NCBI GenBank assembly: GCA_025558095.1
Contig: JAIVFI010000026.1
Span: forward strand, 372,001-436,000
Direction: 5' to 3'
Length of the DNA: 64,000 nt
Source of the DNA: Hyaloraphidium curvatum SAG 235-1
Lineage: Eukaryota > Fungi > Monoblepharomycota
Shown: positions 40,013 to 49,428 of the stretch, one piece after another
Layout of the letters: each line of letters begins with the position of its first letter
Position numbering within the stretch: the stretch's first letter is position 1
Notes under the pieces: generated by a model
Databases searched by the model: none
Seen by the model: the letters and a program-made list of their open reading frames with translations, nothing else
Told to the model about the DNA's origin: nothing
Program-made: the position numbers and the translations under genes

Positions 40013-40141
40013 CAGCACAATCCACGCCGGGGGCGGGGTCTTAAAGCGAGGAGGCCAAACGCAACCGTTTTCTGCATGAGTGAGCCCAGTGCAATGGCGG
40101 ATGTGTGGGTCGCATTTTCGCACACTATCGCCAGCACTGTC

Positions 40142-41356
40142 ATGCCTCCATCAATTCGCCTTCCAACCGAACTTGTTGAGACAATTGCCTCGGAATCGGT
40201 CAATGATTGTTTCACATGCATGAAAACACATGCCGGCCCCCGCGGCCGCAGAGCCGGAGCGGCCGTCATCAAACGCGCGTGTGCGGACATGGCGAATCAA
40301 CGCAAAGTGAATTCGCTGTTCAAGGACGCCATCGATCGACGATGGAAACAGCTGATGCGGAATCGTGACACGGAGGGCACGTTTCTGAAGATCTTGCACA
40401 ATGAACACCTCTGGGAAAACGCAATCAATTCGTTCTACTACATGGCCGATCTCTGGCAGCAAGTTCATCCACAGAGAAGCATCATGGACGTTGGTCATCT
40501 GTTTGCGCAGCTCACGACAGCGCCGCTCCCCCAAGCGATCGACGTGCTGAAGGGCGTCGTGACACATGATGTTCGAGCGTTTTTGCCCAGCACAAATCTC
40601 CCCGAGGTCCAGCCGCTCGTCGACCGTTTGCTGTCGGAGCCCGAACTGCCATCGGACGTCTTGCGGGCTTTCCTCGGTTGGTTGAGCGACGCCCCTGCTC
40701 TCCACGATCGAATTCTCTTCACGAATATTGCGGCATTGCGCACGGCGGACGACGTCAAGTCGATCTTGGAATACAGGCTCTTCAAGCGGGAGCAGATCTT
40801 ATCTGAAATCGCAGAAGTGACCGAACACTTCGAAACAGGCGCCCTTTCGACGCTCTACAACGAACTCCCCGAATTTGAGCTCTGGGGAGCCAACTTGTCT
40901 GCGCGCCATCTCCTTGACCTCCTAGAAAACAGTCCGCGTTTTGTGCAAGACTTCCTGACGAGCTACCAACTCAAGGAATGGTTCATCACTGGCTTTCTCC
41001 AGAGCTTCAATGGTGGTGACTTGGCCGCTGAGCTTGTCAACGTGTTCCCGACGGACCGCTGGCTCGCCGCCCAAGGCACAAATCCCGAGGAGGCCGCTCG
41101 CTCGCTGCTCTATGCCATTTGGTGTGTCGTGCGCGACCACCCCGAGATCACCCACTGGTCACCTCTCGAACGGATTCCACTGATCCACGACGTTGCAGCC
41201 CTGCTCCCACCGACGTTCATGATTGATGACGATCTTCTTTGGAGGCCGGACGCCAACCAGGTTGTTTCCAGGATCCTGATGCGCGTGTTCCACAAAAATG
41301 CATCTGAGCATGTACGGCAGTTGGAAGATGCCTTTGCAAGCGGCCAGGTGCTCTGA
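40142..41356 (+). CDS. F-box-like helical protein, paralog B
   Basis: IRLPTELVETIA; shares NQRKV..LFKD.ID.RWK, VTHDVRAFLP and FLGWLSDAP with paralog A. Confidence 0.75.
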   Translation: MPPSIRLPTELVETIASESVNDCFTCMKTHAGPRGRRAGAAVIKRACADMANQRKVNSLFKDAIDRRWKQLMRNRDTEGTFLKILHNEHLWENAINSFYYMADLWQQVHPQRSIMDVGHLFAQLTTAPLPQAIDVLKGVVTHDVRAFLPSTNLPEVQPLVDRLLSEPELPSDVLRAFLGWLSDAPALHDRILFTNIAALRTADDVKSILEYRLFKREQILSEIAEVTEHFETGALSTLYNELPEFELWGANLSARHLLDLLENSPRFVQDFLTSYQLKEWFITGFLQSFNGGDLAAELVNVFPTDRWLAAQGTNPEEAARSLLYAIWCVVRDHPEITHWSPLERIPLIHDVAALLPPTFMIDDDLLWRPDANQVVSRILMRVFHKNASEHVRQLEDAFASGQVL

Positions 41357-42417
41357 CGAGTCGCTTGCGACGCATCCGCCGTCCGGCGAAGCGCTCCGGG
41401 GCCCGGTGTTGAGCCACGTCACGGATCGCAGGCACGGGTGGCGCGCCGATCGGCAGTCGGTGCTTCTCCACAGGTTTTCTTCGCAAATAGAAACCACATG
41501 GAGCGCTTTCTGGTAGAGGGCATCGCTCTTGGTGTTTTCCGGATCCATCCAGCGCTTTCCGGTGATGTCGTGCTGATTGAGGACGGCTGCGCCGGGCGAG
41601 TCGTGGCCCGGGCGCACCCTGCAGGCTACGTGACTGCGCCGTGGGGGCGATTGCGCCTCAGCAAGCTGGGGCAGCGCCTTGCGCGCCGTCTAGGAGTTCC
41701 CGGAAGGAGGTCCGCCAAGCACATTTTGGACGACGGCCGTTGGCTTACGCCGTACGCCGGCCGTTGACCGCGGGGTGCGCAAGCTCGCTCACCGGCGCCC
41801 CCTGATCCATTCACGGGACGCGGCCAAGTTGGAGAGGGCAATACAAGCAATGCGGGCAGCCTTGAACAGGACATAGTCGTGTATCGGGGCTAGTTGGTAC
41901 ATTCCCCCGTCTAGAGATCCGCATTCAAGGTCCTGGCGTCGCACATGGAGGCAAGCATCGCAACTATCGTCTACCAGCGACGTAGATGCTGTTTTGTGCC
42001 ACCTGCTTCGCAATCACATGTCCGGTTCGCACTGCGTTGGCGCGACCCGACCGGGGGTACCCGGTCCCGACCGGGGGTACGACCGGGGGCCCGGTCCGGG
42101 GTGTAGCCATATAAACGCAAGCGCCAGACCATCTCGCAACACGACCCTTCTCTTCCGACGCCTAGTAGCGGGCCGCTTGGGTATCTGACGCGTCTCAATC
42201 GAAGTTGTTTGTGGGTCCAGCGGCGCGCGCGGCGCAGCGCTGAGCACTCAGTATCTGACAATTCCCGGCACCGCACCTCCGCGTCTGCCCGTGCCACCGC
42301 ATCAAATCGCAGAGCTCCAAGCAAACGGCGGGCGCCTTGTGACACCCTCCGCCGCTTGGCGGCGACGAGCGACCCCGTCCCGACCGGCACCCTCTCGGCC
42401 CGACTCCTGCCGACGCA

Positions 42418-45400
42418 ATGACCTCAAACGCCGTCCTCACCCGGACTCTCCCCTTCGGCCGCCCATCGGCGAGCCGTTCATCAACCCCCGGTGGCGCCGC
42501 GAAAGGTCGGCGCGTACAGAGCGCTGTCGCTCCAAGCACAGACGGGAGCGATGGGTCAAGACGGGACCGCCGTTCGTGGCAGTCTGAAGAGCCAGATGAA
42601 GAACCCAAGACGTTTCTCCAGGCCGCACGGGAGTCGTGGGCGTCGTCCAAGCCGCGTGCAACGGTGACAGTGCGCGCCGGTGGGAGGAGCGACGAGTCTG
42701 GCGACGAAGAGAGCAACATCCCCAAGCCCTTCGACACCCGCCTGACCCGCGTCTCCCTCCGCGGGCTGCCGCAGTATCTACACGATCTCGACCAAGACTT
42801 CCGCCCTGTTCGCGGCGTCCAGCTCATGTCCGCAAAAGTGCACCAGTTCCTTGTCACATCAGACGGCGGGCCCGCAGGGAAGTTGGATCCACGCGCCGTC
42901 ATCCTCAACGTGGAGCAGAACCCGGCAGCGACTCGCAAGAGCGTGGAGCGGGCGATCCGGAAGCAACGCCCCGTCTACCGCTACATCATGGAATGTGTCG
43001 GGACATCGGCCTGTCCGGCACCCGGCGTCAAGTGTCCTATGCTCCTGGGGTGAGCCCGAGCGTGCCAAGTGCTCAATCTCTACTGACACGGACCCGAAAG
43101 CGTCTTCATCTTTGCGCACGACATCCAGCACGCTGTTGTGTTTACAAGGAACTTCCACGACCCGCCCAATGAAGAACGCCGCCGAACCGCTTCAATGCTC
43201 CGTACCCTGGCGTTCGACTACTTCTTGCGGTCTGGATCGACGCCCGCACAGTTCATCCTGGACGAAGGAGGCAACTTGAGCAAACTGGGCGGCATTCCGG
43301 AAGGCACGCTCAAGAGCATTGCGCGACAGGCGCGGAAGGCCAAGTTCGGTCCCGTGAGCCTCAACGTCCTTCGCAAACTGGCCAGGGATCGGCCCACGAA
43401 CGTCCAACTTCTCGGCCTCGCCGATGATGGCGAGGATATTGGGTGCGACTTTTCGTACGCCTTCACCGACACAGTTGGACTTGTCTTTGCCATTCTGTAC
43501 TCCATTGTCGTCGGCATTGACACCAGTTGGCGGCGCAAGAACGCCCAGGGGTTCCCTTTGACCGGACTCGTCGCGTTCGATCTCTTTGGGCGCCGTGCAA
43601 GGCCTCTCGCCTTCCTCTTCTCCACCAACATCAAGCGGCCTACGCTCAAACGCTTCCTCAAGTGGTTTGTCGCCCGGGTGCAGTCCTTCTGCCGGGACCT
43701 CCTTGCCTCCCCGGACGAGAGCGGATGGCCAGCCGAATTGCGGGGCTACCGGGAACTGGTCCAGCGGACGGCGACTACGGGGTGGAGGCCGAGGTGCATG
43801 ACGCTGGACAAATCGTACGCCGAGCTGGGGGCTCTCCAGGACGTTTTCGGCATCGGACTTGGAACGGTTTACCGTCTATGTTACTACCACATCAAGGAAG
43901 CCTTCATGCGCCGTGCTGGGAAGAGCAAGGATGGAAAGCGGGGGAGGAGGGATGGCGAGGCCGGAGAGGAAGACGCGATCCCCGATTCAGTGATTCCCAG
44001 AGGGGTCAGGACTGCGAGCTTTTTCGCTTTCAGGGACCTTTGCGCGAAAGCTCACAACGATGAGCAGTGGGAAAACGGCAAGAAGGAGCTACTGGAGAAG
44101 ACGATCCCCGATCTCCTCGAACGAAACGCAACCGACCATACCGCCGAGATGTGTCGGCAGATATCGCAGTGCCAGACGGCGTACGTCCAAAAGGACTGGC
44201 TCAACGACACCTGGACGCCTCTGGTGGCCGACTACCTGCTCCCGAGCGATCTCGACGTGGGCGACTGTTTCACGAACAACCACACCGAGGTCATCTGGAA
44301 GGTCATCGACAACGTCATCCTCTGCGGGAACTTCCATATTGCGACTGCCATCGTGAAGCTGGACCGTATCTGGCTCTACAGCAAGCTTACGGACGATCGC
44401 GGACACATGCACCCCAAGGTCGCCGAGGCTCTTGAACTGGGGACGGAGCTCTGGGTGAAGGGACACGTCAGGCTGTCGGAGGGCGAGATCTATGGGGTCC
44501 GTTGCGGTGATGGCAGCCGCGCCAGAGTCGACCTGTCGGCGCCGCGTCGATGGTGTGACGTCCCCGCGTGTCGCGTGGGCTCCAACCCGCATCGGTGCAA
44601 GCACTGGTTCGCCGCCGATCTCATGCGCCACAACGGCACCTTTGCCGAGTGGGAGGAGGAGAGCCGCAGAGATTTCGATTTCGAACTCTCTATCGTGCAG
44701 ATCGATGAAGAGGTTGCGGGGGTGGAGGTGGAGCAGCAGGACGAACCGATGGATCTGCAAGAGCCGCAGGCCGGCATTGGGGAGGAGCAAATGGAACCGG
44801 AGGCACCGGAGGCACCGGAGCAATGGAGAGACAACCCCAGCCTGGGCGATCATGACTTGGACGGTGCAGATGGCGTCGACGACCAGGCCTCCATCGATCT
44901 CCCGCCGCCCATCGATTTTGGCAACCGATCAACCTCGCCTCCGCCACCAAAGGCAGCACTACCGACGCCGTCACCTGCACCGGAAGAGGACGTCGACGAT
45001 GACGATGGCAATCTGACAGTGCAATCGAACACATCGCGCCAGCCCCGGGGTAGACCCCCGAAGAAAGCACCCCCGCTTCGGCCAAACCGGCGCAATTATG
45101 GGATTGTGGACTCTTCGGACGACGACGCCCCCCTTGGCGAAGAGCGTCCTCCGGCAAGGAGAACGGTCAAAATCACTCACCTTCCAGGAACGCAGAGGGC
45201 CAAACAACTGGGTGTTGAGAAGTCTAGGACAAAGCAGGCGACAACTACATCGAATTCGAATTCCAAGAAGAGGAAACGGGAGTTAGCCCAACAACCCGCA
45301 CGACCACCGCCGACGCCTCCCACGCTCCTCGCTTCGCCCGTCAAGCACAAGCGCACCGCCTACAGTGCGGAACCGTCTCTGACCTCATCAACCAACCAAT

Positions 45401-46218
45401 GGGCCGACGCCTTTGCTGTACTGCTACCTGCGCTGTACCGGGTACTACGGCGTTCGGAGAAGCGGGGTGTGATCCCTCCCCGCCTACTCTCCATCGTCGA
45501 ACGCGACGCGGGCACGAAGAGTTCCTTCGACGACTACGCGGACCACGGCTACGTTTTCCCCCCGGAGCACGATCTGAACTTTGTGCGGGATTGGGTCGCT
45601 ACCGAGACCTTGCGCAAGATCGGGGCCAGTGCGAGCACTGGGGGTGCCGTGGAGCTGATACTGGAGTTCCTCGGCAGCAGTTTCTCCGCAGGGGCCAAGT
45701 GCGAATGCGAGCCATCGACACCATCCAGGCTGACGTTCAGAGACCTCCCGATGATCAGGATAACAACCACGGGGTTTGCGGCGACGGGGAGTGCGGCTGC
45801 GAAGGAGCAACTGTGGCAGTCTGCGCTCCACACAGCCTGGCAAGGTCTTGCATCTCGGCGAGGCAGCTGCCGCGGCAACTGTGGGAGCGCCACCTTCCAT
45901 CTCACGGGAGACGTCATGCCCCCCCTTCAGGTCTTTTCCCTGGAACCCGGTGACTACCAGATTGACCTCCCTGCTGACATCACCATCGGTAAGAGCAACT
46001 TCCACTGGATTGGGACAATCTATGGTGGGGGCAAGCGTTTGTCGACACGGTGGGAGGGATCGGACGGTTTGGTCTGGCAATGGAGCAACGGACGCATCTT
46101 TCCGTTCAGTGCTCCAGATACAAACGACACGGTGGCATGGGAGGAATTGAGCGCGGGGGAACGCTTTGGGTTGAAGGGCGGAGCCAAGGCAGAACTTGTA
46201 TTCTACGCTCTTGCTTGA
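42418..46218 (+). CDS. Mutator-like (MULE) DDE transposase with SWIM finger; intron 43050-43100
   Basis: GIDTS (D), MTLDK (D), LCYYH (CxxH), TNNHTE (E), SWIM-like CDVPAC...CKHWFA. A 51-nt GTGAGC...CTGAC...AAG intron joins ORF 42418 in frame and restores a C..C...H motif. Confidence 0.85.
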
Positions 46219-46264
46219 ATGAATCATCTCATTTGGTAGTTTCGCGGCGCAGCGCCTGAAGAAG

Positions 46265-46393
46265 AACTATGCGTGGCTAGCCCAAAACTGTGCGCCAAGC
46301 AACCACAAACTATGCGCGCCTCATCCTAAAACTATGCGCCGAAAATCCCAACCAATTGAGACTATGCGCAAAACATCTTTTGCTATGCGCGGA
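46265..46393 (-). repeat. Right (sub)terminal inverted repeat, ACTATGCGC array
   Basis: About six ACTATGCG/ACTGTGCG copies; reverse complement of the 638-738 array. Confidence 0.75.
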
Positions 46394-46410
46394 TCAACTT
46401 TTCCGAGAGC

Positions 46411-46610
46411 GGAGAAAGGAGATGGCCTGCACGGGAGCACGGGCAGAGCGAAAGAGGAGAGATGGCCTGCACGGGAGCACCGGCAGAGCAGAGAAAGAGA
46501 GATCACCTGCACGGGAGCACCGGCAGAGCAGAGAAGGAGAGATCGCCTGCACGGGAGCACCGGCAGAGCAGAGAACGAGAAAAGGCCCGCACGGGAGCAC
46601 CGGCGGGGTG
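46411..46610. repeat. 40-bp minisatellite, 5 copies
   Basis: ACGGGAGCAC recurs at 46431, 46471, 46511, 46551 and 46591. Confidence 0.9.
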
Positions 46611-47195
46611 AGAAAGAAAAGACCATGCATGGGAGAACCACAATGGCCTGCATGGGAGTACCAGCGGAACGACCAGGGGTGGGAGTACCACCATGGCCTG
46701 TCGGTCGCTTGACAGATGGCATTGCGATGTGGTTGAAATCCAAGTGGATGAGGGCCTCATCATAAAATGATTGGGCTGCTAAGTATTTGCTCATACTGAG
46801 ACCAGCTCACTAATGTTTCCTACACTTTTCCTCGCAGCACAAACTCGAGTCTGGGTTAATGATCTAGAGCTTTGGGGGGGGGGGAGCTGCCCCAAAGGAC
46901 AATCTCTGGGGAACACAGGAGTTGCTTTTGGGAAATGCAACAACATGCCCCAAACGGACATTCTCTGAACACTGAGAGACTACCACAGTCTCTGAAACAA
47001 TTCCTTGAACAAAGTGGACTTCTCCAGCAGCTTGTGAGCTGCTCAGTCAACCAAACGCACCACAGAGTGCTGTGCCCGATGCGCAAATCTGCGGCACTCT
47101 GGACAGTTTCTGCTGAGGTGAATTTGGTCGGGTTTGCCACGCTGCTACGGTGCTACAACCTCTAGGAGGTTGGGGGGAGGAGTTGGTCCCGCTTC

Positions 47196-47347
47196 AGGGG
47201 GAGTGTTGTGACGGGGCTGCTTTAGCCAGCAGCTCGTAGGGAAGCGGTCCCAACTCCAATCAAAACGTGACGGAATTCCCCACACCAGGGCCACGGCATC
47301 CTCACGTCCAGTCCAGCTAGAGGCCGGACCAGCCGTCCGTCACAACA
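47196..47347 (+). mobile_element. PPT plus 3' LTR of an LTR retrotransposon
   Basis: AGGGGGAG followed by TGTTGTGACGG...CCGTCACAACA (11-bp perfect inverted termini); abuts a LINE relic that is uninterrupted at 48723. Confidence 0.75.
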
Positions 47348-49360
47348 CGCACCTCTTTGAAGCGGTTGCTCACCAGCACCCACGTGCTCAACGTGGAAAC
47401 ACGGGGCCAACAAGGCATCAGATACTGTGAGCGAACCTGCCCTTACCACTTGGATCAGATCGAGGACGAGATGCACCTTCTGTTTCTTGTATCAGTGCTC
47501 TGCATAAGATGACAAACCGGAGATTCTCCGGATCCGGACCAGAGATCTAGAGCATGGACGACCCGACGCTTGAACCTGGAGATGGTCATCTGGATGCATG
47601 TTGAGGAACGACAAAGAGGTGAAATTCTACGAGGAGAAGGAAACTTTCTGGTGGAGAAGACGGGTCTTGGAGGCCGCCGGCACATTGATCTATAGGGCAT
47701 TCAGGGCAAGACGTGCAACACCTGCTTCTAGATAGGGGGACGGAAGCTCAAGATTGAGGCACTGAAGGGGTGCTGGAACTGGGCTGCCTTCCTGAGGGAG
47801 CTACTTGTATACTATGGTGGAGAGGAGGGGAGGAACAGAATAGTATTGGTGACCTGGACCTGCCCCTGGCTTGGCCGCTGTTACACCATCAGTTTGCTGC
47901 TAATTTGAAGTTTGTCGTCGTGCATCTTTTTCATTTTCCCTGTTTTCTGTCCTTCATGGACTTTGAGATGAAGCTGGCAATGGAGTTGAGGGCCTTCTCC
48001 TTTTGCCGCCTCACTTTGATCGTGGTTTAGTGGGCTCGAACTCCTTGATGCTGAGAGTCCAGAGCCAGGTCTCCATGTTCCACTCGTGGCCCAGTGCTTC
48101 CAGTCTGGTCTGCAGCTTCTGGTGCCGCTCTGCATTTGCTGAACAGTGGAACAGAAAGTGTTGTTCGTCTCCAATGTGCTCAGGGTCATGTTTGCACATC
48201 CTCTGCGGCACCTCAAGTCCTTGGTGCCTGCCTGTTTCCACCTCCAGGTCGTGGGTAGAGCAGAGCAGCTTCTGGACGTCCCTCCGGTGCTTCTCCAATC
48301 AGCTTGTCGTTGTCCTTGAGCGTCTGGGCGTTGATCTCCCTGAACTTGCCCTTCACAAGATTCTCCACAGCCTCCTTGGCCCATGAAAAAGTGTCCTTCT
48401 CCCACATCTCCCTTCCCTCCTCTCCACCATAGTATACAAGTAGCTCCCTCAGGAAGGCAGCCCAGTTCCAGCACCCCTTCAGTGCCTCGATCTTGAGCTC
48501 CTTGTAGAGCAGTTACAATGCAGGGTCAGCTGTTTTGATACGCATGAGGAACTTGAGAGCCGACTCATGGTCATGAACTGCAAGAGGGTACTGGCCAGTG
48601 ATCGCATACAGACAAGCCAGGGAGGTAGACTTGGGCTGATGAGTGACAGCACGAAGGGCCATGCATGTCACTTTGTCCCTGGTGCTTTCCCCGGCAAGGT
48701 ACTCCTGGATTGCATCGACGTGCGCACCTCTTTGAAGCGGTTGCTCACCAGCACCCACGTGCTCAACGTGGAAACACGGGGCCAACAAGGCATCAGATAC
48801 TGTGAGCGAACCTGCCCTTACCACTTGGATCAGATCGAGGACGAGATGCACCTTCTGTTTCTTGTATCAGTGCTCTGCATAAGATGACAAACCGGAGATT
48901 CTCCGGATCCGGACCAGAGATCTAGAGCATGGACGACCCGACGCTTGAACCTGGAGATGGTCATCTGGATGCATGTTGAGGAACGACAAAGAGGTGAAAT
49001 TCTACGAGGAGAAGGAAACTTTCTGGTGGAGAAGACGGGTCTTGGAGGCCGCCGGCACATTGATCTATAGGGCATTCAGGGCAAGACGTGCAACACCTGC
49101 TTCTAGATAGGGGGACGGAAGCTCAAGATTGAGGCACTGAAGGGGTGCTGGAACTGGGCTGCCTTCCTGAGGGAGCTACTTGTATACTATGGTGGAGAGG
49201 AGGGAAGGGAGATGTGGGAGAAGGACACTTTTTCATGGGCCAAGGAGGCTGTGGAGAATCTTGTGAAGGGCAAGTTCAGGGAGATCAACGCCCAGACGCT
49301 CAAGGACAACGACAAGCTGCACTTCTGGAGGATGTGTGACATGACCTTTGGTCACATTGC
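47348..49360. mobile_element. Nested, duplicated LINE relics
   Basis: 47348-47828 is a direct copy of 48723-49203; 48300-48498 is an inverted copy of 49120-49319. Motif HVLNVETRGQQG...CERTCPYH...IEDEMHLLF. Confidence 0.75.
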
Positions 49361-49428
49361 ACCGTGGAACTCCTCAATGCCACGCACTCGTTCAACCTCG
49401 CATACAGCTGCCAACCATGCACTAGAAA

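Larger units (their letters stand above)
638..46393. mobile_element. Giant virus-like mobile element bounded by inverted GCGCATAGT arrays (MULE transposase plus NCLDV/PLV-like genes)
   Basis: 638-738 aligns with the reverse complement of 46283-46393. The interior holds viral hallmark genes, and a MULE transposase abuts the right array. Both flanks are TE relics. Exact termini are uncertain. Confidence 0.6.

Noticed and set aside
469-42086. 12-bp match GGGTACGACCGG at 469 and 42075 as an att core
   Set aside because: Matches of this length are expected by chance in a 64-kb GC-rich window.
628-46420. Target-site duplication for the giant element
   Set aside because: None found by eye; the termini are obscured by an LTR on the left and a minisatellite on the right.
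46411-46610. CRISPR-like array
   Set aside because: Whole 40-bp units are similar with no unique spacers, there are no cas genes, and the context is eukaryotic.
404-47347. The two LTR-like sequences as ends of one retroelement
   Set aside because: Different lengths and sequences (224 vs 144 bp) and no shared TSD.
1-48390. Direct repeats 1-403 and 48042-48390 as LTRs or att sites of the island
   Set aside because: They encode LINE RT C-terminal motifs, have further copies in both orientations, and do not abut the island ends.
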